DNA from: Eledone cirrhosa
Lineage: Eukaryota
NCBI GenBank assembly: GCA_964016885.1
Contig: OZ024744.1
Span: 87,854,001 to 87,918,000, forward strand
DNA length: 64,000 nucleotides
Direction: 5' to 3'
The notes below the pieces were generated by a model. That model saw only the letters and a list, made by a program, of their open reading frames with translations, did no database searches and was not told the origin of the DNA. The translations under genes and the position numbers were made by a program. Positions within the stretch are counted from its first letter, which is position 1. Each line of letters opens with the position of its first letter. Shown here one piece after another: positions 30,101 through 41,590 of this stretch.

Positions 30101-30593
30101 GGCTCTTGCACCCTCCACCCCTATCCGCTAATCCCACACAGTCCCAGCGTGCATCTAAGATCCCGTTCCAGTCGCCCACTAACACTAAAGAGCGGGACGT
30201 TCCAAGAAAGGTCTCCAGACGCCGGAAGAAATCAGGCCGCCCTGCTCCTGTCGGGGCATAGACGGCCACTAGCCTGAAAGCTTGCCCGTCTCCGCTGGTC
30301 ACGTCCAGCACCACCAGCTTACCCTCTGGGTCCAGGAAGATGGCCCGTATGGCGAGATCCAAACCTCTCCGAAAAAGTACAGCAACTCCTCCACCGGATC
30401 CAGGACGGCTGGGAGATGCGTACACATCGTAGCCGCCGAAGATCGGTGCGAAGGCCCGTGCTTCGGAGATTCTGGTCTCGCTGATGGCCACTACATCTAT
30501 GTTTAGTGACCTGAGGTCGTTGAGCAGGTGACCCTGCTTCCATGACGACCCCAAGCCACGCGCATTTATGCTGCCTATTCTGAGTGAGGTCAT
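27174..30593 (-). CDS. Tx1/L1-clade ORF2: APE endonuclease + reverse transcriptase + C-terminal CCHC (1139 aa, uninterrupted)
   Basis: Motifs INARG, SET, VYAP, GDWN, LDR, TDH; GKSPGLDG, FRPITLLN, DQSKAFD, RQGCPLS, YADD; CPRC..ETVLHALVQC. Confidence 0.96.
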   Translation of the reverse strand: MTSLRIGSINARGLGSSWKQGHLLNDLRSLNIDVVAISETRISEARAFAPIFGGYDVYASPSRPGSGGGVAVLFRRGLDLAIRAIFLDPEGKLVVLDVTSGDGQAFRLVAVYAPTGAGRPDFFRRLETFLGTSRSLVLVGDWNGILDARWDCVGLADRGGGCKSLTNLLRRFELSDRYRLDFPNVPMWTWTNRIGSSRSYLDRVFCREIDRSSIGCPQFKIVSYTDHKFVICVLDLDRLHRRGPGYWKLNASLPARKAYRDRISELVKRALTGAIVNNKWWFALKRAIRIESIRFSKALAIEKNRAEGELVRKLDEALSKGIATDVLAAKLALDQFFNAKHEGCVVRARVRALRHEGTKAVQWARVAEARRGNKATIRSLVDHDGRMLLDPGQMCETFQRHFAQLFGGSGGPGGGMDFSVYLDGLPRLSATEARCCEKPITAAEVREAMTGCTRGKSPGLDGLPYELYVQMPDLFGGLLADVYCNWQQNGRIPSSVSRGAVALLRKDPNKGDNIDNFRPITLLNTEFKILAKVLAKRLALVVGGLVGEAQTCAIPDRSIHDNLHLMRYIVERVAREPGTGGSLINLDQSKAFDRVDHRYLAAVLRAAGFGPVFRGWIAAMHSDICSVVRVNGHLSEPFNIMRSVRQGCPLSSLLYVLTLEPLLHKLETLRGVPRELGCGRSVSAYADDVTVVVSNAKHIEAIGTTLREYEAVTGAMINQEKSVGLQLGTWRGRSMPSNSVVGRWTDGPVKLLGVWFGPDLQTDKNWDEVTSRVASLTQKWAERKLSLKGRAEVANAYIASVICYRLTVVPCPKPRLTALERLLFRFLWKGRAPMVRRSICCQHPLRGGLGMPWLMMRRHALRLRHLHLFLDGDQVWSPFARRVFPQLVSLTELQSWVKRRPRGSAWRLECLQALTALDQSGNVIGGNSTSAFYRGLVEGKSDDVLGETLGVDENQLANLFGRTFGPGPMDNFQKSLAWQCYRGALPVRDKLYRHGGAVSRACPRCAQGDETVLHALVQCPKIADLWVYVEHLLSRLGRIQLSSESIVRIAPPSSFSREGQAVFICLVAMAKEIVWWTRLKGLKTSTYLFGDALIDFFKFHLKRKIRVEKEVLSSQHFVERWVREARMARVNGPTLSIYL

Positions 30594-30628
30594 GTTTAAA
30601 ATAGAGTGGAAAAGATGGGAAAGACCAC

Positions 30629-32762
30629 TTACCGTATTTTTGGTAGAGGAGGGATGGTTTTTACATCCCTTTTCACTTGATCGTCTGGTGAAGGGACCGT
30701 TGAATCGTCCCTTCGGCTGGTCGTCGGCTCTTCTAAGAGAATGTCTGAATATACTCTTCGATTAATGGTTCCTCCTAGGTCCCTGAAATCACCAACTGCG
30801 TTGGGAAATTTCGTTTTAATGTTTGTGTATTGTTTCTGTGCTATTTTTAGCAGTCTTATGTTAGTTGGCGTTTTGATTGGTGCTGGTATTATGTAGTCCT
30901 GTTGTGAAATGTCTGTGTGTTCAATTATGTAAGTCATTAGTTTCTTGTTGTGTGTGTTTATTGCCGTGCATTTGTTTTTCTGGGGGTGGGGTGTGGTTCT
31001 GCTATTTTCTTGTCGTTGTTGCTGGGTGTGTGTGTTTTGTTGTTGTGTTTGCGATGTTGGTGCTTGTGGTGGTGGTGTTGAAGGTGTTGTTGGCGGTGGG
31101 GTTGTCGCCGGTGGTGATGGTGGTGCTGGTGTGGGTGGTGATGGTGTTGGTGGTGTTGCTGCTGTGGGTCTCTTTGCAGTAGACTTTACCCTTTTCTCAT
31201 TTCTTTCCTCCCTTTTCAAAGGCGACGATGCGCTGCTTCTGCGTTTGTGCCTTCTTGAGACCTTTTGCCATCCCTCTCCCACCTCACACTCCATGTCTGA
31301 TTCTGTAAGGTCGGGGAGGGGTACCAGCTCCACTCTTTCACTTGTTGTTGTTGGTGATGTTTGCACTGGAGTCTCTGTTGCAGCTGCATTTGGTATTGCT
31401 GTTGTTGTTGTTAATATTTCCACTGCTGCTGCTGTCTTTGATTTCCGTGGAGTGGGTATGGGTGCCACGGACCTATCGTTCCTGGTTGCCGCTTGTCCTG
31501 TTGCTGGTAGCCGTGGAACCGGATTCGGGAGGAGGGGGGTTTTCTCCTTTCTCAGGGTCTTCTCGTTGCAGAAGGCCCTGAGGTGAGTCTTCGATCCACA
31601 GCGAAAGCATTTCGGGCGTTTGCCCTCAACACTTATGGGCAGTTGAGTGCCGTTATCGAAGTCTATCACATCCGGGATAGCTTCGATGCACTCCTGGTTG
31701 GTTTGGATTAGCATCTCAATGGAGGAGCCGACCCAATCTTCTCTTACTTTTTTCTGTACTTGCAGTACAGTTGTTTTGTCCTCGATTCCGACGAGGACAG
31801 ACGCGGCCAGCCAAGAAGGGGTCATTCCGGGGGGGACGTGGGTCAGTTTGACCCTCACAATTTTTTGCCCGCAGTAGGAGGGCACCAACACCATTTCCTC
31901 GCTCCTTAGGGTCACTACTGATTGGGCCTTTGCCTCCTGGGGTGTGGCAAAAAGTACGTCTACGGTGGCGTATTTTTTGCCTCGGGTGATGTGCGTTTTC
32001 CTCTGCCACACAGACCCCAAGGCTTTTTGTATTTGGGCCTCTGTGGCTCTTTCCACCCTACGGGATTTTGTACTTACTGTACGGTACGTGACCGTACAGT
32101 GCTCTTGGGTTTCGAAAAAATTTTTTCGCTGCCTTGCAGATTGCTCGGTGTCCGTTCTTTGTCACCATCTTCTTCGCTTCCTCTAATTCCTCATTTGTTA
32201 TGAGGATTGTTTCCAGGTTTTTCGCAATACCTGCAAATGAGATTGGTTTTTCTCTGCTGTTGTTGTTGTCGTCAGAGCTGCTGGTACTTTTGTTGTTGCT
32301 GCAGGTACTACGACTACTGCCTCCGCCGCTGTTGCTGTGGTTGTTGTTGGTGTTGCTGCTGCTAATGCTGTTGTTGTTTATGCTGCTGGTGATGCTGTTG
32401 CGGCTGCTACTGTTGTTTTCATTGTCACTGTTGCTGTTGTTATTACGGCTGCTACTGCTATTATTCCTGACGTCAGACGAATGAACTGGGTTTTCGTATT
32501 TCCCGCACACCTGTTTCGTCGCTGTCGTCGTCGTCGTGGAGAAACCTTGCACGCTTTGCACGAGACTTTTCTTTTCTTTCGTCGCTTGCGAAAGAGAAGG
32601 TAGGGAGAGAGACACATTTAAAGAAGGGAGGGAGAGAGACAATCTTCTCTCTCCTGTAGTGATGATTGAGGAAGAAGAAGACGGAATGAGTGGGAGTGAC
32701 GTATGAAATTTTTTTTTTTTGGTAGCCATGTTTTTTTGTTTAAAATGAAATTTTGGGTACAA
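30629..32762 (-). pseudogene. Tx1 ORF1 (low-complexity N-terminus, RRM-like region, CCHC zinc knuckle, P/T-rich linker) with one frameshift near 32115-32126
   Basis: Knuckle RPKCFRCGSKTHLRAFC. The two ORFs join if one base is removed in AAAAAATTTTTT, giving ETQEHCTVTYRTVSTKSRRVERA, which aligns with copies E and F. Confidence 0.85.
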
Positions 32763-32942
32763 AACCCCAATAACTGATTATTTAACCCCGAAGGGCCAAA
32801 TAACGGACAGAAAGACCCCTCTCACGAGGAGGAGGGTGTCTTTATCAACAATTTGGTTCAAGTTTTAAACAATTTACAATTGTTTTAAGGGTTAAAAATT
32901 ACTATACCTTACAGAGCCGAGCCTCCGTCAACCATGGCATTC

Positions 32943-32972
<30 letters not shown>

Positions 32973-32974
<2 letters not shown>

Positions 32975-35900
32975 TTTATTTATTAACGACAAGGGTTTAC
33001 ATAAAGTAGATATTAAGGACAGTACAGGACAATACAGGACGGTACAAATGGGCATTTCTGCGTGTAAAAAACAATAAACAGAGGATGTAATAATAGAACA
33101 ATTAAAAAATTCCCCAATAGGGGGGGGGGGAGACTTCCGAGACACATTCGTGGAGAAAGCCCATTAAAAAGCCACAGCAACCCTGACCACCAAGGCAAGT
33201 GCCCTCTCCCAGTTTTCCACCTTTAATTTACAGACACATACTCAGAGTAGGCCCATTCACTCGAGCCATTCTTGCCTCTCTCACCCATCTTTCAACAAAA
33301 TGCTGGGAAGAGAGCATTTCCCTTTCTACCCTGATTTTCCTTTTCAAATGAAATTTGAAAAAGCTAATCAGGGCATCACCGAAGAGGTAGTGCTCGTCTT
33401 CAGCCCTTTCAAACGTGTCCACCATACTATCTCTTTCGCCATGGTCACCAGACAGATAAAAACTGCCTGCCCTTCCCGGCTAAAGGAAGAGGGTGGGGCA
33501 ATCCTATGGACTCAGCTGATAGCTGGATCCGTCCCACTCGCGACAGCCGGTGTTCGACATAAACCAACAAGTCAGCAATGCTCGGACACTGGACGAGTGC
33601 GTGCAGGACGGTTTCGTCGCCCTGCGCGCATCTCGGACATGCCCGGTTGACGGCATCTCAATGCCTGTAGAGTTTATCTCGAACTGGCAAAGCTGCTCGG
33701 TAGCACTGACAGGCCAGGGATTTCTGGAAGTTGTCCATACGCCCAGTTCGAAAGTTCTTCCGAAGAGATTTGGTAGTTGATTTTCGTCGACGCCTAGAGT
33801 TTCCCCAAGTACGTCGTCGTTCTTCCCCTCCACTAATCCTCTATAGAACGCCAAGGTGGAATTTCCAACGATCACATTTCCCGAAGCGCTCCTTCTCGGT
33901 CTTCGCTTGATTGCAGCTCCGTCAAGGAGACGAGCTGGGGAATGACGCGTCTAGCAAACGGCGACCACACCTGATCACCGTCGAGGAAGAGGTGGAGATG
34001 TCGTAGTCTGAGCGCGTGTCTGCGCATCATCAGCCGCGACATGCCCAGCCTTCCACGTAGCGGGTGTTGACAGCATATGGACCCCCTGACCATCGGAGCG
34101 CGTCCCTTCCACAAAACGCGAAAGAGCAAACGCTCCAGCGTTTGCTTAGGACAAGGTACGACGGTCAGGCGGTAGTAGATGACGGACACGATATACACGT
34201 TAGCCACCTCCGCTCGACCTTTCAGAGATAGCTTCCACTCGGCCCATTTCTGGGTGAGAGAAGCCACCCTGCTCGTCACCTCGTCCCAGTTTTTGTCCGT
34301 CTGGAGGTCCGGACCGAACCAGACCCCGAGCAATTTAACCGGTCCGTCCGTCCAGCGCCCGACGACGCTGATTGACGGCATGGACCTGCCTCTCCAGGTG
34401 CCGAGCTGCAGGCCCACTGACTTTTCTTGGTTGATCATTGCTCCTGTCACTGCTTCGTATTCTCTTAGTGTAGTGCCGATCGCCTCGATGTGTTTGGCAT
34501 TCGACACCACTACGGTGACATCGTCCGCATATGCTGACACGGATCTTCCGCTTCCTAGTTCGCGCGGGACCCCACTCAACGTCTCCAGTTTGTGCAGTAA
34601 TGGCTCGAGAGTCAATACGTACAAGAGGGACGAGAGGGGGACATCCTTGGCGGACCGAGCGCATGATGTTGAACGGTTCCAAAAGGTGACCGTTCACTCT
34701 CACCACAGAGCAGATGTCGCTGTGCATGGCAGAGATCCAGCCTCTGAAGACGGGCCCAAAGCCAGCCGCCCTCAGGACTGCCGCTAGGTAACGATGGTCG
34801 ACCCTATCGAAAGCTTTCGACTGATCTAAATTGATCAAGGACACACCCGTGCCAGGTTCCCTAGCTACCCTCTCTACGATGTATCGCATGAGGTGGAGGT
34901 TGTCGTGGCTGGATCTGTCGGGAATGGCGCATATCTGCGCCTCTCCCACCATACCACCAACGGCAAGCGCCAACCTCTTTGCTAGCACCTTGGCCAAAAT
35001 CTTGAACTCTGTGTTTAGCAGAGTTATGGGCCTAAAATTATCAATGTTATCCCCCTTGTTCGGATCCTTTCTCAGTAGCGACACAGCTCCTCGACTCACA
35101 GAGCTGGGAATTCTTCCGTTCTGTTGCCAGTTGCAGTAGACGTCCGCCAAGAGGCCTCCGAACAAGTCTGGCATCTGTACGTAAAGTTCATAGGGCAGAC
35201 CATCCAAACCAGGCGATTTACCCCTTGTGCAGCCAGTCATTGCCTCCCGTACTTCAGCGGCTGTTATCGGCTTTTCGCAACACTCCGCCTCAGTGGCCGA
35301 GAGCCGCGGCAGTCCGTCCAGGTAGACACTAAAGTCCATCCCTCGATCCTGCCCGCCGCTGCCCCCGAACAGCTGAGCGAAGTATTGCTGAAAAGCTTCA
35401 CACATTTGCTCGGGATCGAGTAGCATGCGCCCGTCGTGGCCCACCAAAGACCGGATATTGGCTTTGTTGCCACGACGCGCCTCCGCCACTCGGGCCCATT
35501 GAACGGCTTTCGTCTCCTCGTGTCTGAGAGAACGCCTAGCTCTGACAACGCAGCCTTCGTGCTTTGCATTGAAGAATTGGTCAAGGGCCAATTTCGCCGC
35601 AAGTACGTCGGTCGCGATGCCTTTGCTAAGCGCCTCGTCTAATTTTCTAACTAATTCTCCCTTTGCTCTATTTTTCTCTATTGCTAAAGTCTTACTAAAC
35701 CTAATGGACACTATTCTAATTGCTATTTTAAGAGCAAACCACCACTTGTTGTTGACGATGGCCCCCGTCAACGCCCGCTTAACTAGTTCGCTAATCCGGT
35801 CTCTGTAGGCCTTGCGCGCTGGTAAGGACGCGTTTAGCTTCCATTAGCCGCGTCCTCGTCTATGAAGCCTATCTAAGTCAAGCACACAGATCACGAATTT

Positions 35901-38579
35901 GTGGTCCGTGTAGCTGACTATCTTGAATTGTGGACAGCCTAGCTACACCTATCTATTTCCCTACAAAATACTCTATCTAGATATGATCTAGATGACCCTA
36001 TGCGATTTGTCCAAGTCACATTGGCAGACGGCGGAAGAAATAAGGCCGCCCTGCTCGTGTCGGGTCATAGATGTCCAGTAACCTGAAAGCTTGCCCGTGT
36101 CCGCTGGTCACGTCTAGCACCACCAACTTACCTTCTGGGTCCAGGAAGATGGCCTGTATTGCGAGATCCAAACCTTTCCGAAAAAGCACAGCAACTCCTC
36201 CCCACGATTCCGGACGGCTGGGAGATGCGTATAGTAGCCGCCGAAGATCGGTGCGAAGGCCCGTGCTTCGGAGAATCTGGTCTCGCTGATGGCCACTACA
36301 TCTATGTTTAGTGACCTGAGGTCGTTGAGCAGGTGGCCCTGCTTCCATGACGACCCCAAGCCACGCGCATTTATGCTGCCTATTCCGAGTGAGGTCATGT
36401 TGAAATGGAGTGGAAAAGATGGGAAAGACCACTTACCTTACTTCTCGTAGAGGAAGGATGGTTTGTCCATCCTTTTCAATGATTGTGGCCTCCTCTGGAA
36501 GGATGTCCTTATAAATCCTCCTGGAGAGTGTTTGTCAGAACTCTCCGATGTCTTTGGGGAATTTTTGTTTCATTTTCTGTGTGATGCGAGTGATTTGTAT
36601 GTGTGGAGGTGGTGTGAACTTTTGGGTTGTTGTGTAGTCTTTTTCTGTGATGCTGGTGTTGTGTTGGATGTAGTGTAATAATCGCTTGTTGTTCAAATTT
36701 AATGCTGTGTAGTGTGTATCGTTTTCGTTGTTTTGTTTTGTTTGCGTTTGTTGTGGGTTTGTTTCTGGTACGCTTTTTGGTGACTTTTGTGGTGTTGGTG
36801 ATGGTGGTGTTGGGGTTAATTATGGTGATGGTGTTGGTGTTTGTAGTGATGGGGTTGGTGATGCTGGTGTGGATGGTGACATATCTGTCCTAACTTTTTT
36901 GTTTGATAATTTATTTGTTTCCCTCGGTATTTTGTTTTTGGAGGGGGAAGGAAGAGAATTTTTTTCTTTTTTGGTTTCTTTTTTCTTTTTTCCTGATACC
37001 GTTTCCCACTCGTCGTCGTCACAATCTGTCTCCAGTTGCGATAAGCCGGGGAGTGGAAAATCCTCCACAGGCGTTGGTTTTTGTTGTGGCGTGGTGGATG
37101 GTGTAGGCGCTGGTGCTAGTTCTGGCACGTCGGGTGGTGGTGGTGTTGGTTTTGCTACTGTTGCTGGGGTTGTTGCTGTTACAGTTGCTTCTGTTGTTGC
37201 TGCTACAGTTGTTGCTGCCATTTCTGCTGCTGGTGGTGTTGATGGTTTAGTCACTGGTGTGGGTAAGAGAGGTGGCCTCAACCTTTTAGCCTGAGGGTAG
37301 AAAGCCCTTAGGTGGATTCCTTCACCACAAACGACACACCTATGTCTTCTGCCCTCGACGATTACGGTGAGGTGGCTGCCGTCATTGAGGTCTATTACCT
37401 CTGGGATCTCCTCAATGCTTTTATGGTCCGCTCGGATCAGGAGCTCCATCCCACATCCGGACCAGTTCTCCTGCTTTTCTTTTGCTATTTCGGTTATCTT
37501 GGTGTTGGCCTCGATGCCGGCGAGGACGGCAGCGATTAGCCAGGGAATTTCGATGGCCGGTGGAACGTGCGTCACCCTGATCTTCACTAGTCTCTGGCCA
37601 CAATAGCTTGGGACGAGTGTGAAGTCGTCACCTCTTAATGGGGCCATGGAGTGTTCTCTGGCCTCCTGTGGTGTTTCAAAGAACACGTCCACGGTTCCAT
37701 ATTTCTGCCCACGTCAGATGTGGGTTTTTTTTGCCCACACATGACCCAAAGCTTTTGGGATTTGTGACTCGGATGCCTGTTCCACTCGGCGCAATGTTAT
37801 GTTAATTGTCCGATAAGACACGGTGCATAGGCGACGATGCTCCATTTTATCAGGGGGGGGGGTGACCCTGTACCCATCTTTCTTTACCATTCTTTTGGCT
37901 TCTTCTAATTCCTCCTGAGTTACCTGGATCGCTTCGCACGTTTTTGCTACTCTGGCAAAACTCAGCGTAGTTTTCTTAATTTCATTGTTGCTGTTGTTGT
38001 TATCGTTATTTTTGTTATTGTTAATTTTAGTTTTAGTTGTGGTGGTGGTGGCGTCAGTGGTGTTCGGTGTGGAAGAGTTCATTTTGGTTGAATTCATTTC
38101 GATATCACGAGTTAATTCAATTTTTTCTTTTGTTTCTGTTGTCGCTGTGGTGGTGGTGGTGAGGGTTGTCGCTGTGGTGGTGGGGGTGGCGTCTTTAACA
38201 CCTGCAGTCATTGGTAATGGCGGGAAATGAATGTCTGGCTGAGACAAATTTAAAATATTGCTACTGCTTATATTTTTAGTGTTGGCAAACGTAGTAATAT
38301 TTACAATGGTGGTGTCGGTGTGAGGTGTTAGTTTGTGAGGAAGGAGTAAATCTGAGTCTTCCATGATTTTTCAAAGAAATTTGTTTTGTTTGATAATTAT
38401 AAAAAGTTTAAATTTGGGGCTCAAGGCCCCAATATTTTTTAGTGTCCTTTTCAGAAATCAATTTATGTGCACTTATATACAGTTAACAATAAACATTTTC
38501 CATAAATGGCAATTTTAAACAACTGAAAATAACAGACCTTTGCGGAGCTCACGATGATACGGTTTCTACGTAGGTCGCC
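32973..38579 (-). mobile_element. Tx1-like LINE copy E, full length, frameshifted (ORF1 about 36433-38364, ORF2 33228-36398)
   Basis: Head-to-tail with D across (TAA)n 32943-32972. The 5' end GGCGACCTACGTAG abuts (AAT)n at 38580. ORF2 is close to that of D. Confidence 0.95.
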
Positions 38580-38601
38580 AATAATAATAATAATAATAAT
38601 A

Positions 38602-40619
38602 AAATGATGTTACCAACTATAGACCTATCACATGTCTGTCTGTAATGTGGAAAATGTTGACAAGCATTATGTCTGAGGAAATCTACCATCACCTCCACAC
38701 AAACAACTTGTTACCGGACGAACAGAAAGGATGCCGAAAGAAGTTCGGTGGTACAAATAACCAGTTACTTATTGATAAGATGGTAATGAGGAATTGCAAG
38801 AGGAGACACACTGGTCTTGCCATGGGATGGATAGACTACAAAATGGCATTTGACATGGTGCCTCATTCTTGGATCATCAAAAGTCTAGAAATCTTCAAGG
38901 TGGCAGATAACATCAGACAGTTGTTGGGCAAAAGTATGAAGTCCTGGAAAACAGAGTTAACATCAGCTGGAGGATCCTTGGGAGGCGTGAAGATAAAGAG
39001 AGGTATCTTCCAGGGAGATATCCTGTCCCATCTGTTGTTTGTCCTTGCCCTGATGCCCCTGACCAGTGTACTGCGAAAAGTGAGAGCAGGATACAGGTTG
39101 GGAAAGGGAGGGCTTACCATCAATCACCTCCTCTTCATGGACGATCTTAAGCTCTTCGGGAAGAGTGAGAAGGAGTTGGATGTGCTTGTTGATACTGTCC
39201 GTATTTTCAGCAATGATATATGTATGCAATTTGGTATTAGTAAGTGTGGAGTCCTTGTGATGAAGAGGGGAAAATTGAGCAGAAGCAACGGAATCCAGGT
39301 ACCAACAGGTGAGATGATAAAGGAAATTGACACTGAAGAAGAATACAAGTATTTGGGTATTCTGGAGGCTGATGACATCAAGAACAAAAAAATGAAGGAA
39401 TTGATAAAATCTGAATACATTCGGAGAGTAAGGAGCGTCTTAAAGTCACATCTGAACAGTAGGAATGCCATAAGTGCAGTAAATTCCCGAGCTGTGTCTA
39501 TTATTAGGTAGAGTGCGGGAATTCTGAGATGGAATGTTGCTGAACAAAAAGACATGGATAGGAAAACTAGGAAGCTATTGACTATCTACAACATGTTCCA
39601 CAAGAGGAGTGATGTCGATAGACTCTATTTAAGGAGATCTGAAGGTGGAAGAGGTCTTATCAGCATAGAGGACTGTGTTCAGATGGAGAAAAACACAACC
39701 TACACAAGTATGTGACTGATAGTAAGGAGCCAATGCTCAGAATTGTACTGAAGGACAGGACAATAGACCAGGGGATGTCCAAGGAGGAAATAATAACAAG
39801 GAGGAAGAACAACCTTCATGAAAAATCCCTTCATAGTACCTTCTTTGAGAAAACGGAATTCAGAGATCCACAGACATGGAACTGGTTGAAAAGAGGAGAC
39901 CTTAAAAAGGCTACAGAAGGAATAAAAATGGCTGCGCAAGAGCAGGCCCTCAAAACAAAGTGGCTGAAACACCATATTTACAAGGAGGATGCTAGCCCAC
40001 TGTGCAGGATCTGTGGAGAGAGAGAGGAGACTGTGGCTCACATAGTATCCGAGTGTAAACACCTAGCCCAGACTCACTATATAGGCTGGAGACATGATGT
40101 GATGGGCAGGGTGATCCACTGGGACCTATGCAAAGTAAACAATTTACCACATTCTGAGAAGTTGTATGAGCATAAGCCAGAGTCGGTGATAGAAAACGAT
40201 CAGGTGAAGGTACTATGGGATTTTAGGATACAGACAGACTAGACATTTGAACACAATAGACCTGACCTGGTGGTTTTTGACAAGGAAAAAAGATCGTGCC
40301 TGATTGTGGATGTGGATGGGGGAGAAAATTAACCGATACCAGGACTTAAAGTGGGAGGTAAAAAGAATTCGGAACTGCCATGAAGTCAAAGTGGTCCCGA
40401 TTGTCATAGGCGCACTAGGTACTATCTCAAAAAGTTTCCAGGTATGGTTAAAGAAAATTGGCCCCTTCACGCTTTTTGGAACGCTTCAAAAGGCATGCTT
40501 GCTGGGAACAACAAGTACCCTCCGATATGTCCTGAATATCTGAGGCTTCAGGTAGTGGCTTGATGTTCATTTCAACAAACTTTCCAGTTAACTAACATCA
40601 ATGACTGAGACTCAAAGAG
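38602..40619 (+). mobile_element. R4/Dong-like family A copy, 5'-truncated at the start of RT, with (TAA)n tail 40620-40664
   Basis: ORF pieces 38645-39511, 39712-40242 and 40304-40543 parallel the intact ORF, with an in-frame stop at 39509-39511. Confidence 0.95.
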
Positions 40620-40626
40620 TAATAAC

Positions 40627-40664
<38 letters not shown>

Positions 40665-41590
40665 GGGAAGAAGACGCACGAGGTGACGGAGGTCATGAAA
40701 TCGCTCCCGTAAGTTTTGAATTTTTAACATATTTAAACCATTTGTGAAATAACAACTCTTAGTACAAATGCTACGTAAAGCACCCGGCTTGAGCCCCAAA
40801 AAATTCGGACCCAAAATATATTGTTATAAGGCTCAAATATTCAAATATTCAACTTTGTATTGTACACTGTATATCCAAAAAAGAAAATGGCTATAAATGG
40901 AAGAAGAACCCCCCCCCCCCCTCCTCCTCTGTATACACTATATAGAACAGCCAAACTCACCAACACCAGAAACTAGATACACCACCCACCCTATCACCTG
41001 TGTACACTAAACCACCACCGATCACTACGGCCATCATTACAACCATTATCCCATCACCGCCGCCACCACCCCTTCACTCCTTCACTGCTGCCACCGCTAC
41101 AGCACCATCGCTACAGTAATACGGTCACATCACCGCCACCACTGTCTCGGTATCGACATCACCACCACCACTGTCTCAGTATCGCTACCGCCGCCAGTCT
41201 CCCACTTCTTCTTTTAGCTGGCTGCTGCCACCACATTATAGAATCCCTACTGCTAAAAAAGAGGAAGGCATCAAAATATATAGATAGACTCAAAAGAAAA
41301 AAGAAAAAATAAACAACAAAAGCAGCACAGCAACAACAGTAAAAAACGAGAAAAACAGAGAAAAACAAAAACAAAATATATAGATAGACTCAAAAGAAAA
41401 AAGAAAAAATAAACAACAAAAGCAGCACAGCAACAACAGTAAAAAACGAGAAAAACAGAGAAAAACAAAAACAAAAAAAGAAACCCCCAAAACGTAAAGA
41501 AAATAAGAATGAAGAGAGAGGCAGGCGGACGGACAGAGAAGAGGGGGGAAAAAGTAAAACTTAAAAAACAAAAACTAAGTCAGACATTCG
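40665..41590 (+). other. Tx1-like 5'UTR plus decayed P/T-rich ORF1 start (including an about 100-bp tandem duplication, 41273-41474) upstream of the intact Dong ORF
   Basis: Starts with GGG right after (TAA)n. Shares GCTCC.G.AAG and GGC.TTGAGCCCCAAA motifs and the AAAATGG start context with the Tx1 5'UTRs. Confidence 0.5.

Larger units (their letters stand above)
26911..32942 (-). mobile_element. Tx1-like LINE copy D, full length (about 6.03 kb), youngest-looking
   Basis: (TAA)n on both sides; 5' end GAATGCCATGG; 3' end CCTTGTGGTTAATAAAGAAATC(ATT)n; intact ORF2. Confidence 0.97.

Noticed and set aside
28189-30261. Recurrent antisense ORFs inside Tx1 and Dong coding regions
   Set aside because: They are shadows of the codon structure of the sense ORF and recur only because the copies are homologous.
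32110-32130. Programmed ribosomal frameshift in ORF1 of copy D
   Set aside because: It needs +1 rather than -1, is not conserved in other copies and lies in homopolymers. A mutation or sequencing error is more likely.
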